From an uncultured Acidobacteriota bacterium (lineage in GTDB: Bacteria > Acidobacteriota > Thermoanaerobaculia > Multivoradales > SZUA-115): 64,000 nt of DNA. The first letter of the stretch is position 1; each line of letters starts with the position of its first letter. The stretch lies in contig CAWDVR010000002.1 of NCBI GenBank assembly GCA_963805975.1, forward strand, positions 544,001-608,000, read 5' to 3'. Shown here in pieces: positions 47,166 through 56,878 of the stretch. The notes under the pieces were generated by a model that was not told the DNA's origin, ran no database searches, and saw only the letters and a list, made by a program, of their open reading frames with translations. Both the position numbers and the translations under genes were made by a program.

Positions 47166-47245
47166 GATGGATTCCCGCTTGCGCGGGAATGACGGAAAGG
47201 AAGAGCACCCTCTCTTTGTCATTCCCGCGGAAGCGGGAATCCATC
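47166..47245. repeat. Inverted pair of CGTC/dRS3-like REP elements
   Basis: GGATTCCCGCTTGCGCGGGAATGAC ... GTCATTCCCGCGGAAGCGGGAATCC (ATTCCC-N8-GGGAAT core). Confidence 0.75.
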
Positions 47246-47288
47246 CCTCACACCCGGCACCGACTCGACCGGCGATAGGCTGGGGGGC

Positions 47289-48341
47289 ATGCTGCGTCTC
47301 ACCGAACAGGGCCTCTACTGCGAAGCGGGGAACTTCTTCGTCGATCCCTGGCGGCCGGTCGAGCGGGCGGTCCTGACCCATGCGCACGCAGACCACGCGC
47401 GGCCGGGCTCGCGCCGATACCTAGCGGCCGAGGAGGGTCTGGCGGTGCTCCGCGCCCGGCTCGGGGAGGAGGCGCGGATCGAGACCCTGCCCTACGGCGA
47501 GACCACCGACCTCTCGGGCGTCCGGGTTTCCTTCCACCCGGCCGGCCACGTGCTGGGCTCGGCCCAAGTGCGGATCGAGCACCACGGGGAGGTGTGGGTG
47601 GTCTCCGGCGATTACAAGACGGAGCCCGACCGCACCTGCCGCCCGTTCGAGCCGGTGCGCTGCCACACCTTCGTCACCGAATCCACCTTTGGCCTGCCCA
47701 TCTACCGCTGGGCGGGCGAGGCCGAGGTGATGGCCGAGATCAACGGCTGGTGGCGCGCCAACCGCGAGGCCGGCCGCGCCACGCTGCTCTACGGCTACGC
47801 GCTGGGCAAGGCGCAGCGCCTGCTCGCGGGCGTCGATCCCGCGATCGGCCCGATCTACACCCACGGCGCCGTGGAGCGCATGTGCCGTGCCTACCGCGAG
47901 AGCGGCGTCGCCCTGCCCGAGACCCGCCGGGTGAGCGACGAGCCGGCGAAGCGCCAGGCCGCCGCGTCGTGGGCGGGCACGCTGGTGGTGGCACCGCCGG
48001 GCGCCCACGGCACACCCTGGATGCGCCGCTTCGGCGAGGCGTCGACGGGCTTTGCCTCCGGCTGGATGCGCATCCGCGGCACGCGGCGGCGGCGGGCGCT
48101 CGACCGCGGCTTTGCCCTCTCCGACCACGCGGACTGGCCGGGCCTCCTCGCCGCCATCGAGGCCACGGGTGCCGAGCGCGTTTGGGTGACGCACGGCTAC
48201 CGCGAGGCGCTGGTGCGCTGGCTGACGGAGAAGGGCCTCGACGCCAAGGCCGTGGCCACCCAGTTCGAGGGCGAGGCGGACGACGGCGCGGCGGACGGGG
48301 ACGCGGCAGATGGGGGCGGGGCCGAGGCGGGCGCGCCATGA
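47289..48341 (+). CDS. Ligase-associated DNA damage response exonuclease (MBL/beta-CASP)
   Basis: THAHADH, AGHVLGSAQ, SGDYK, ESTFGLP, SDHADW. Confidence 0.9.
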   Translation: MLRLTEQGLYCEAGNFFVDPWRPVERAVLTHAHADHARPGSRRYLAAEEGLAVLRARLGEEARIETLPYGETTDLSGVRVSFHPAGHVLGSAQVRIEHHGEVWVVSGDYKTEPDRTCRPFEPVRCHTFVTESTFGLPIYRWAGEAEVMAEINGWWRANREAGRATLLYGYALGKAQRLLAGVDPAIGPIYTHGAVERMCRAYRESGVALPETRRVSDEPAKRQAAASWAGTLVVAPPGAHGTPWMRRFGEASTGFASGWMRIRGTRRRRALDRGFALSDHADWPGLLAAIEATGAERVWVTHGYREALVRWLTEKGLDAKAVATQFEGEADDGAADGDAADGGGAEAGAP

Positions 48342-49954
48342 GGGCCTTCGCCGACCTCTACGAGCGGCTCGACGAGACCAACCGCACGAGCGAGAAGGTC
48401 GCGGCGCTCGCCGTCTACTTTCGCGCCGCGCCGCCGGCGGATGCGGCCTGGGCCGTCCATTTCCTGACCGGCAACCGGCCCAAGCGGCTGGTGGTGGGAA
48501 AGAACCTCGGGGCGTGGGCTGCCGAGGCCGCCGGGGTGCCGCCCTGGCTGTTCGACGAGTGCTACGACGCGGTGGGCGACCTGGCGGAGACCGTGGCGCT
48601 GCTGCTCCCCGCCCATCCGACCGGCACGGAAGAGCCGCTCGGCCGCTGGATCGAAGAGCGCCTGCTGCCGCTCGGCGGCCTCTCTCCCCAGGCGCAGCGG
48701 GAGCGCATCTTGGCTCTCTGGCGCGAGCTTTCCGCGCGCCAGCTCTTTCTCGCCGCCAAGCTCGTCACCGGCGCCTTCCGGGTCGGCGTGTCGCAGCAGC
48801 TCGTGGTGCGCGCGCTGGCGGAGGTCGCGGGGGTGAGCGAGGCCGCCGTCGCCCACCGGCTGATGGGCGCCTGGCGGCCGACCGCGGAGGGGTTCGCCGC
48901 CCTCCTGGCCGGTGACACCTCGGACGCCGACCTCTCGCGCCCGTATCCTTTCTTCCTCGCCTATCCGCTCGAAGGCGACCTCGACTCTCTCGAGACGGCC
49001 CTGGGGCCGCTCTCCGACTGGCAGGCCGAGTGGAAGTGGGACGGCATCCGCGCCCAGCTCATCCGCCGCCGCGGGGAGACCTTTCTCTGGTCGCGCGGCG
49101 AGGAGCTGATCACCGAGCGCTTCCCGGAGCTGGCGGAGGCCGCCAAGCTCCTGCCCGAGGGCACGGTGATCGACGGCGAGGTGCTGCCCTGGCGGGAGGG
49201 AAAGCCGCTCCCCTTCGCGCAGCTCCAGCGGCGGATCGGCAGGAAAGTCCTGACCCCCAAGGTGCTCGCCGAGGTGCCGGCGGTGCTGCTGGCCTTCGAC
49301 CTGCTGGAGATCGACGGCGCGGACCTGCGCCCGGCGCCGCTCGCCGAACGGCGGAGCCGGCTGGCAGCGCTGCTCGACGGGTCCACGCTCCGCGACCGGC
49401 TGCCGCTCTCGCCGCTCCTCGAAGCAACGGACTGGCCGGCGCTCCGCGCCGCGCAGGGCGGGGCGCGCGAACGCGGCGCCGAGGGCCTGATGCTGAAGCG
49501 CCTGGCGTCGGCCTACGGCACCGGCCGGCGCCGCGGCGACTGGTGGAAGTGGAAGGTCGAGCCCTACTCGGTGGACGCCGTGCTGGTCTACGCCCAGCGC
49601 GGCTCGGGCCGCCGCGCCTCGCTCTACACGGACTACACCTTCGCGCTCTGGCACCAGGGCGAGCTGGTGCCCTTCGCCAAGGCCTATTCCGGGCTGACCG
49701 ATGAGGAGATCCGTGAGGTGGACCGCTTCGTGCGGCAGAACACGCTGCAGCGCTTCGGCCCGGTGCGGGCGGTGAAGCCGGAGCTGGTCTTCGAGCTCGC
49801 CTTCGAGGGCATCGCCCGCTCGAGCCGCCACAAGTGTGGCATCGCGGTGCGCTTTCCGCGCATGGCGCGCTGGCGCACGGACAAGGCGGCGGCGGACGCC
49901 GACTCGCTCGACACGCTCGCGGCCCTGCTGCCGGCCGCGGGCGCCGCCTCCTGA
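48338..49954 (+). CDS. ATP-dependent DNA ligase
   Basis: EWKWDGIR, IDGE, EGLMLK, WWKWK, VRFPR. Confidence 0.93.
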   Translation: MRAFADLYERLDETNRTSEKVAALAVYFRAAPPADAAWAVHFLTGNRPKRLVVGKNLGAWAAEAAGVPPWLFDECYDAVGDLAETVALLLPAHPTGTEEPLGRWIEERLLPLGGLSPQAQRERILALWRELSARQLFLAAKLVTGAFRVGVSQQLVVRALAEVAGVSEAAVAHRLMGAWRPTAEGFAALLAGDTSDADLSRPYPFFLAYPLEGDLDSLETALGPLSDWQAEWKWDGIRAQLIRRRGETFLWSRGEELITERFPELAEAAKLLPEGTVIDGEVLPWREGKPLPFAQLQRRIGRKVLTPKVLAEVPAVLLAFDLLEIDGADLRPAPLAERRSRLAALLDGSTLRDRLPLSPLLEATDWPALRAAQGGARERGAEGLMLKRLASAYGTGRRRGDWWKWKVEPYSVDAVLVYAQRGSGRRASLYTDYTFALWHQGELVPFAKAYSGLTDEEIREVDRFVRQNTLQRFGPVRAVKPELVFELAFEGIARSSRHKCGIAVRFPRMARWRTDKAAADADSLDTLAALLPAAGAAS

Positions 49955-50033
49955 GTCGAAACAAAAGCTCCCTTACTTTCGTCTACGGTGGCAGAGCCGC
50001 CCATCGTGGCTCCACATCTACCCCGAGACCGCC

Positions 50034-52448
50034 ATGAGCCACTTCGCCAAAGACCTCCGCTTCGCCGTCCGCAGCCTCGCCAAGCAGCCCGGCCTCTCCA
50101 TCCTCTCGATCCTGGCCTTCGCGCTGGGGATCGGTCTCACCACCACTATGTTCTCGATCGTCGACGGTGCGCTGCGCGACTTGCCGTTCGAGCGCGCCGA
50201 CCGGCTGATGCACCTCGAGCGCAACAACCTCTCCCAGAACGTGGAGAGCATGGAGGTGCCCATCCACGACCTCCTCGACTGGCGCGCCGCCCAGACCAGC
50301 TTCGAAGGTCTCGCCGGCTTCTACGAGGGCACGATCAATCTCTCGGGCGACGGCGAGCGGCCGGAGCGCTACGAGGGTGGCTTCATGACCGCGAACTCCT
50401 TCGATCTGCTGGGCGTGACGCCGGCGCTCGGCCGCGGCTTCGCGGCCGGTGAGGACCAGCCGGGCGCCCAGCCGGTGGTGGTCCTGGGCTGGAACCTGTG
50501 GCAGGTCCGGTTCGGAGGCAAGGCGGACATCCTCGGTCAGGAGATCCGCGTCAACGGCCGACCGCGCACAGTGATCGGCGTGATGCCCGAGGGCTTCATG
50601 TTCCCGCTCAACCAGGAGATCTGGACGACCCTCCCCCACGACCCCGCGCTTCTGAAGCGCGGCGAGGGCGAGTGGCTCGAGGTCTACGGCCGGCTCAAGG
50701 ACGGCGTGAGCCTGGACCAGGCGAGCGCCGACCTGGCGCGCATCGCCACCCAGATCGCCGAGCAGAACCCGGAGACCCACAAGGGCGTGGGCTCGGTGAT
50801 CAAGCCCTACACCGACGAGTACATCGGCAAGGAGCCGGCCACGCTTCTCTACCTGATGCTGGGCGCGGTCTTCGGCGTGCTGGTGATCGCCTGCGCCAAC
50901 GTGGCCAACCTGCTGCTCTCCCGCGCGGTGATGAAGAGCCGCGAGGTCGCGGTGCGCTCGGCGCTCGGCGCCAGCCGGCGGCGGGTGATCGTGCAGATGG
51001 TCACCGAGGCGCTGCTCCTGGCGAGCGTCGGCGCGGTGGTCGGGCTCGGCCTCGCGGCCCTGGGGATCGGGCTGTTCAACCGTGCCATCGCACCCACCAG
51101 CCCGCCGTTCTGGATCGACATCGGCATCGACTGGACCGTGCTCGTCTTCGTCGCCGGCATCACGCTTCTCGCGAGCGTGCTCGCCGGCCTCGCACCGGCC
51201 CTGCAGGCGACCGGTGAGAAGGTGAACGAGATCCTGAAGGACGAGACCCGCGGCACCTCGAGCCTGCGCCTCGGCCGCCTGTCGCGCGGCCTGGTGGTGT
51301 CCGAGATCGCCGTCTCCTGCGTGCTCCTGGTGCTGACCGGCTTGATGGTCAAGAGCGTGACCCAGCTCAAGCGCACCAGCTTCGGGGTGGACAAGGAGCA
51401 CGTGTTCACCGCCCGGGTGGCGCTCTTCGAGCAGGACTACCCGGACCTGGCAGCGCGCCAGCGGTTCTTCGACGAGGTGGGCGAGCGGCTGGCCGCGCTG
51501 CCGGGGGTGACGGCCGCGGCGCTCGCGGACTCGCTGCCGGTCGGCGGCTCGAGCCGCGAGCGCTTCCAGCTCGACGGCAAGGCCTACGCGACCGAGGGCG
51601 ACCAGCCCCAGGCCCGCCAGGCCGCGGTGTCCGCCGGCTTCTTCGATGCGGTGGGCGCCCGGCTCGTCGCCGGCCGCGCCTTCAACGCCGGAGACCGGGC
51701 CGAGACCTTGCCGGTGGCGATCGTCAACCAGTCTTTCGTGCGCCGCTTCTTCCCGGAGGAGGGCCCGCTCGGCAAGCGCGTGGGCTTCGAGGTCGAGGAC
51801 GAGACCCGCTGGGCGACGGTGGTGGGCATCGCGCCGGACCTCTACATGGCGGGCAACGACAACGAGGACCCCGAGGGCTTCTACCTGCCGCTCGCGCAGA
51901 GCGACCGCTCGTTCATCAGCCTGGTGGCGCGCACCGACGGCGACCCGATGGCGCTCGCCAACCCGGTGCGCAACCTGGTGACCGCGATCGACCCCAACCA
52001 GCCGCTCTACTTCGTGCGCTCGCTGGCCGAGTCGATCCGCCTCGAGACCTGGTTCTATGGCGTCTTCGGCACGCTGTTTATGGTCTTCGGGGCGGTGGCG
52101 CTGTTCCTTGCCGCGGTGGGGCTCTACGGCGTGATGGCGTTCTCGGTCAGCCGCCGCACGCAGGAGGTGGGGATCCGCATGGCGCTCGGCGCCCAGGCGC
52201 CGCAGGTGCTGAAGCTGATCTTCCGCCAGGGGGCATGGCAGCTCGCCATCGGCCTGGGGATCGGTCTCGCGATCGCGCCGCTCCTGTCGCGGTTCCTGCG
52301 CATGGCGCTCTTCCAGGTGAGCCCGTGGGACCCGTCGATCTTCGCGCTGATCGCACTGGTGCTGGCGGGGACCGGCATCGCGGCCTGCATGGTGCCGGCG
52401 CAGCGCGCGGCACGGGTGTCGCCGATGGTGGCGCTGCGCGGCGAGTAG
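50034..52448 (+). CDS. ABC transporter permease (MacB-like duplicated orphan permease, ADOP type)
   Basis: DLRFAVRSL, IACANVANLLL..REVAVRSALGA, RRTQEVGIRMALGA, PMVALR; no adjacent ATPase. Confidence 0.9.
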   Translation: MSHFAKDLRFAVRSLAKQPGLSILSILAFALGIGLTTTMFSIVDGALRDLPFERADRLMHLERNNLSQNVESMEVPIHDLLDWRAAQTSFEGLAGFYEGTINLSGDGERPERYEGGFMTANSFDLLGVTPALGRGFAAGEDQPGAQPVVVLGWNLWQVRFGGKADILGQEIRVNGRPRTVIGVMPEGFMFPLNQEIWTTLPHDPALLKRGEGEWLEVYGRLKDGVSLDQASADLARIATQIAEQNPETHKGVGSVIKPYTDEYIGKEPATLLYLMLGAVFGVLVIACANVANLLLSRAVMKSREVAVRSALGASRRRVIVQMVTEALLLASVGAVVGLGLAALGIGLFNRAIAPTSPPFWIDIGIDWTVLVFVAGITLLASVLAGLAPALQATGEKVNEILKDETRGTSSLRLGRLSRGLVVSEIAVSCVLLVLTGLMVKSVTQLKRTSFGVDKEHVFTARVALFEQDYPDLAARQRFFDEVGERLAALPGVTAAALADSLPVGGSSRERFQLDGKAYATEGDQPQARQAAVSAGFFDAVGARLVAGRAFNAGDRAETLPVAIVNQSFVRRFFPEEGPLGKRVGFEVEDETRWATVVGIAPDLYMAGNDNEDPEGFYLPLAQSDRSFISLVARTDGDPMALANPVRNLVTAIDPNQPLYFVRSLAESIRLETWFYGVFGTLFMVFGAVALFLAAVGLYGVMAFSVSRRTQEVGIRMALGAQAPQVLKLIFRQGAWQLAIGLGIGLAIAPLLSRFLRMALFQVSPWDPSIFALIALVLAGTGIAACMVPAQRAARVSPMVALRGE

Positions 52449-52468
52449 GGGCGACCGGCGGTCGCCCC
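52445..52468 (+). repeat. GTAG-type REP element (copy 2)
   Basis: GTAGGGGCGACCGGCGGTCGCCCC; its TAG is the permease stop codon. Confidence 0.7.
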
Positions 52469-52490
52469 GCCTGTTGTACGCTCCGCCGCC

Positions 52491-54044
52491 ATGAAGACCT
52501 TGAAGAGCTACGTCTGCGGCCGGTGGCACGAGGCGTCCTCCGGCCTCGCCACCTTGATCGATCCCTCCACCGAAGAGCCCCTCGCCAGGGCCGGGAGCGA
52601 CGGCGTCGACTTCGACGCCGTCCTCGCGCACGCGCGGGAGCAGGGCGGCCCGGCGCTCCGGGCGATGAGCATCGCGGCCCGCGCCGACATGCTCAAGGGC
52701 ATGTCCAAGCTGATCCGCGAGCACCGCGACGAGCTGCTGGACCTCTCGCGCCAGAACACCGGCACCACCAAACCGGACGGTTCGTTCGACGTCGACGGCG
52801 CCTCGGGCACGCTCGCCTACTACTTCTCGCTCGGCCGCCCCTTAAGCGAGCGCACCTTCTTCACCACCGGCGACGGCGTACAGCTCGGCCGCTCCGAGGC
52901 CTTCTGGGGCCAGCACGTGCTGGTGCCGCGCACCGGCGTTGCCGTGCACATCAACGCCTTCAACTTCCCCGCCTGGGGCCTCGCCGAGAAAGCCGCCTGC
53001 GCGCTCCTCGCCGGCATGCCGGTGGTCACCAAGCCGGCCACCGCCACGGCGCTGGTCGCGGCGCGCATCGCCGAGATCTTCGTCGCCGCCGGCATCGTGC
53101 CCGAGGGTGCCTTCCAGTTCGTCTGCGGCGGCACCGGCAACCTCCTGGGCCTCCTGGGCGCGCAGGACGTCTTCGCCTTCACCGGCTCGGCGGACACCGC
53201 GCTCGCTCTGCGGCGCGGCGAGAACCTGCTCCGCGCCTCGACCCACGTCAACGTCGAGGCGGACAGCCTGAACGCCGCCGTGCTGGCGCCGGACGCCGGC
53301 CCCGCTGGAGCGGCTTTCGACCTCTTCTTGAAGGACGTGGTGCGCGAGATGACCCAGAAGGCGGGCCAGAAGTGCACGGCGGTGCGCCGCATCCTGGTAC
53401 CGGCCGCGGTGGCCGGGGAGGTCGAGGAAGCGCTCGTCGCCCGGCTGCGCCAAGTGGTCACCGGCAACCCGGCGGAGGGGAGCGTCACCATGGGCCCGCT
53501 CGCCACCGCGCGCCAGCTCGCGGACGCCGAGGCCGGCGTCGCCAAGCTCGCCCGTGCGGCGCGGATCGTCGCCGGCACGGGCCGGCGCGCCGACGGTGCC
53601 GGCAGCCCAGCCGGCAAAGGGTTTTTCTTCCCGCCCACGCTGTTGCACGCGGACGACCCCTGGCATGCCACCGAGGTCCACCGGCACGAGGTCTTCGGGC
53701 CGGTGGCGACGCTCCTGCCCTACGACGGCAGCGCGGCGGACGCCGCCGGTCTCGTGGCCCTGGGCGGCGGCACGCTCGTCACCTCGGTCTATGGCGACGA
53801 CCCGGCCTGGCTCGCGGCCTTCCTGGCCGGTACCGGTCCCACCACCGGCCGTCTGTACGTGGGCTCGGAGGGCTCGGCGCCCGAGGCCCTGGGCTCCGGC
53901 ATCGCCCTGCCGCAGAGCCTCCACGGCGGGCCTGGCCGCGCCGGCGGCGGCGCCGAGCTGGGGGGCCTCGCCGGCCTCGACCCCTACCTGCAGAAGGTGG
54001 CGCTCCAGGGGGAGCGGGCGCTGGTCGAGAAGCTGAGCTCCTGA
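52491..54044 (+). CDS. Aldehyde dehydrogenase, PaaZ N-terminal / 3,4-dehydroadipyl-CoA semialdehyde dehydrogenase type
   Basis: HINAFNFP, FTGSA, EADSLN, GQKCTA, HGGPGRAGGG; no MaoC domain. Confidence 0.85.
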   Translation: MKTLKSYVCGRWHEASSGLATLIDPSTEEPLARAGSDGVDFDAVLAHAREQGGPALRAMSIAARADMLKGMSKLIREHRDELLDLSRQNTGTTKPDGSFDVDGASGTLAYYFSLGRPLSERTFFTTGDGVQLGRSEAFWGQHVLVPRTGVAVHINAFNFPAWGLAEKAACALLAGMPVVTKPATATALVAARIAEIFVAAGIVPEGAFQFVCGGTGNLLGLLGAQDVFAFTGSADTALALRRGENLLRASTHVNVEADSLNAAVLAPDAGPAGAAFDLFLKDVVREMTQKAGQKCTAVRRILVPAAVAGEVEEALVARLRQVVTGNPAEGSVTMGPLATARQLADAEAGVAKLARAARIVAGTGRRADGAGSPAGKGFFFPPTLLHADDPWHATEVHRHEVFGPVATLLPYDGSAADAAGLVALGGGTLVTSVYGDDPAWLAAFLAGTGPTTGRLYVGSEGSAPEALGSGIALPQSLHGGPGRAGGGAELGGLAGLDPYLQKVALQGERALVEKLSS

Positions 54045-54056
54045 ATCTGCGCTCTG

Positions 54057-54097
54057 AACAACGAAAGGCCCCGGACCTCTCGCGAGGGCCGGGGCCT
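54057..54097 (-). terminator. Intrinsic terminator
   Basis: AGGCCCCGG..CCGGGGCCT hairpin followed by TTCGTTGTT on the minus strand. Confidence 0.7.
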
Positions 54098-54335
54098 CAA
54101 GGGTTCGTCTTCGGTGGCGTGGGGTTGACCTCGACCGAGGACGCTTCGCTGGAGGACCCTCTTACGAGGACGCCACCTCCGGCAAACCGTGTTGATCTAG
54201 ACTCACTGGACCACCTCCTTCCTAGGCGTGTCCATCATCGGCGGGCCCCTACCCGCCCAGCTCCGTGGGCCGCCCAAGCCTCTTGGGAGCCGCCCCGCCT
54301 TCTCCACGCTAGAGAAGCAGGGAGCCACAACTCGG
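54057..54335 (-). ncRNA. Candidate structured small RNA / micropeptide transcript
   Basis: TTGACG-N17-CAGTAT promoter (from 54368), several hairpins, 14-nt SD, tiny ORFs, own terminator. Confidence 0.4.
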
Positions 54336-54631
54336 CGAAATACTGAACCTGTCGCGGGAAAACGTCAAGAGGAATGAAGAGTTAGTTCACCGCACCTGAA
54401 GTGGCGCGAGAGCCTCCCTGCCTACCGAAGCCGCGGCGAGATCGCTCCCAACAGTCCAGTCTCAGCTTTCGTATGCTACCTTGACATTTCCCTGCTCGTG
54501 ATGTTCGAACTCGAGGAGGCTTTCGATACGCACCATCACTGCGGAGCGGCAGGCCCCAGCATCGCCTGGGTCGTGCGGACCGCGAGGCCCTTGCTACGAG
54601 AACGTCCACCTTCTTTCACAGGAGCACGACC

Positions 54632-56690
54632 ATGCGTAGAAGTGCCCGCTTCTCTCCGTTCGCCGCCGGCGCCTGCGCGCTTCTGGCAGGGCTCTCTCTG
54701 CCGGCCGGCGCCCAGCTCTGGCCGACCTCGCTGCCGGCGCGCCACACGCTGGAGAGCCTCGATCTCTTCACCGACCTCGTCGTGGCCGCGGCCCCCACCG
54801 GCGAGCTTCTCGCCGCGCACCGCGGCACGGGTTCCGAGAGCCTCGCCTGGCGGTTCTTCGATGCGAACGGCGAGCCGGCGGGCCCGGTCCGCCGGGCGGA
54901 AGGCGATCGTCCCCAGCTTTCGCGTCGCGGTCAACTCGCGGAGCGAGTTCCTCCTCGTCTGGGAGAGGGACGCGGACCTCCTGACCGAGGTCGTCGGCCG
55001 CTGGTGGACCGCCGGGGGATCGCCTCTCGGAGAGGTCTTCCCCATCAACGGCCCCGGGGCTCCCTCGCGCCGGGCCCTGACCGGCGTCGACTGCGCGGCG
55101 GACGACCGCTGTGTGGTGGTCTGGTCCGCGCAGACCGCAGCCGGCAGCTCGCTGAAGGCACGGTTCCTCTCGGCGAGCGGCGTCCCTACCGGTGCCGAGA
55201 AGGTACTGGGGATCGGTCCGGACGGCGCGGTCGGCGGCCAGGTCGCGAGCGCGGCCGACGGCCGCTTCGCCGTCTCCTGGCTCCGTCCGCGCCTCTACTC
55301 GCTGAGCGAGACCCCCCTGACCCTGTACGACCCCTTCCTGCGGACCTTCGACGCCCAGGGCGAGCCACTCGGCGAGGTCGCGCCGCTCGCGCTCCCCTGC
55401 CCTCATCCGGACCCGTACGGCTGTGTGTGGGAGGCCAGCCGCTCGCTCGCCGAGTGGAACGACGAGGGCGAGCTGATCGCGGTGTGGGACAGCTTCGCGT
55501 TCGGCTACGAGAGCCCGGATGCGACCATCTGGGCGCGGCGCCTGGCGGCAGACGGCTCTGCGCTCGGTCCGGCCGCGGCGGTCAACCCACGGTGGTCCGG
55601 CGGTATCCCTGCTCTTGCCTGGAGCCCGGAGCTCCGGAGCTTCGCCGTGCTGTGGCTGTCGGTGGCGGGCGACGAGGGGTTCCTCCGCCGCGTGGCCCTG
55701 CGCCAGCTCGACGCCGGCGGGCAGCCGATCGGGGCCGAGCTCCCGGCCATGGCGAGCCGCGACTTCGTCGCCTTCAGCGGCGCCCTCGCGTTCACCGGCA
55801 CCTCGCTGTGGGCAACGTGGAACGACGGCGCCCCGGTGCTGCCCGTGGGCAGGGCGCTCCGGCTCTCTCGCTTCGAAACCGGCGAGCCGACCTGCGAAGG
55901 CCCGTTCGTCGACGGAGACGTGCCCTGCGTTCCGCTCCTCGGCAACCGCTTCAAGGCCTGGGCCTTGTTCCGCAGGCCCGGCGGCGCTCCCGCCGGGGCG
56001 CCGGCCTTCGTGGCCACGGACCGCGCCGGCTTCGTCTACTTCAACTCGGTGTTCAACCCGGAGCTGGTGCTGAAGATGCTCGACGGCCGGCCGGTGAACC
56101 GGCACTTCTGGTTCTTCTGGGGGGCGATGAGCGACCAGGAGTACTCGATCGCGATCTACGACCGGCAGAGCGGAGCCACCCGCTCGTACTACAACACCGC
56201 GGGAAACCTGGCCTCCGCGGCCGACATCGAGGCCTTCGGTGACGGCGAGCCGCGCGACGGGCTCGAAGCAGGAGAGGCCCTTTCCTTCGTCGAGCTCGAG
56301 GGCAGCGAGCCCGTGGAAACCACCACCGTGCTCGCCCCACGCGGTCTGCCGGCCCCCTGCCAGGTGGCCCAGGACCGGCTCTGCCTGCAGAGTGGCCGCT
56401 TCGAGGTGAAGGTGGACTGGAAGGACTTCGCGGGCGGCAGCGGCCCGGCGCGAGCCGTCCAGCTCACGGACCAGGGCGGCTACTTCACGTTCTTCAACGT
56501 GCAGAACGTCGAGCTCGCGCTCAAGCTCCTCGACGGCACCGCGGCCAACAGCCGGTTCTGGCTCTTCTATGCCTCGCTGTCGAACGTGGAGTTCACGGTC
56601 CGCATCACCGATCACGCGGCGGGAACGACGCGCGAGTACCGCAACCCACCGAGCACTATGCGGAGCATGGTCGACCTCCAGGCGTTTTGA
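54632..56690 (+). pseudogene. Secreted protein with two C-terminal repeat domains; one +1 frameshift near 54911-54914
   Basis: AGGAG RBS, signal peptide MRRSARF..AGA; deleting one C from the CCCC run joins ..GDRP to SFRVAVNS.. Confidence 0.7.
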
Positions 56691-56732
56691 TCTGCGCACC
56701 CCCAGCTCTTCGTCATAGAAAACATGTAGCCG

Positions 56733-56757
56733 GAAAGCCCCTCGATAAGGGGCTTTC
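56733..56757. terminator. Hairpin, probable terminator
   Basis: GAAAGCCCCT-CGATA-AGGGGCTTTC. Confidence 0.5.
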
Positions 56758-56878
56758 GCGGTACTACAAACTGAGCTAAGATGTGCCGGTACAAGCGCAT
56801 GACGCCCCTGGTTCTAATTGTATTTTTGTATTATGGTTAATAATAATTGATAAGTCAATGGCGAGTCGGGAAGGATCT

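Noticed and set aside
54207-54220. TGGACCACCTCCTT as a 16S rRNA 3' fragment
   Set aside because: No other rRNA-like sequence flanks it; better read as an extended SD on the minus strand
56846-56859. FNR/CRP box
   Set aside because: Half-site spacing is TTGA-N4-TCAA, 2 bp shorter than the FNR consensus
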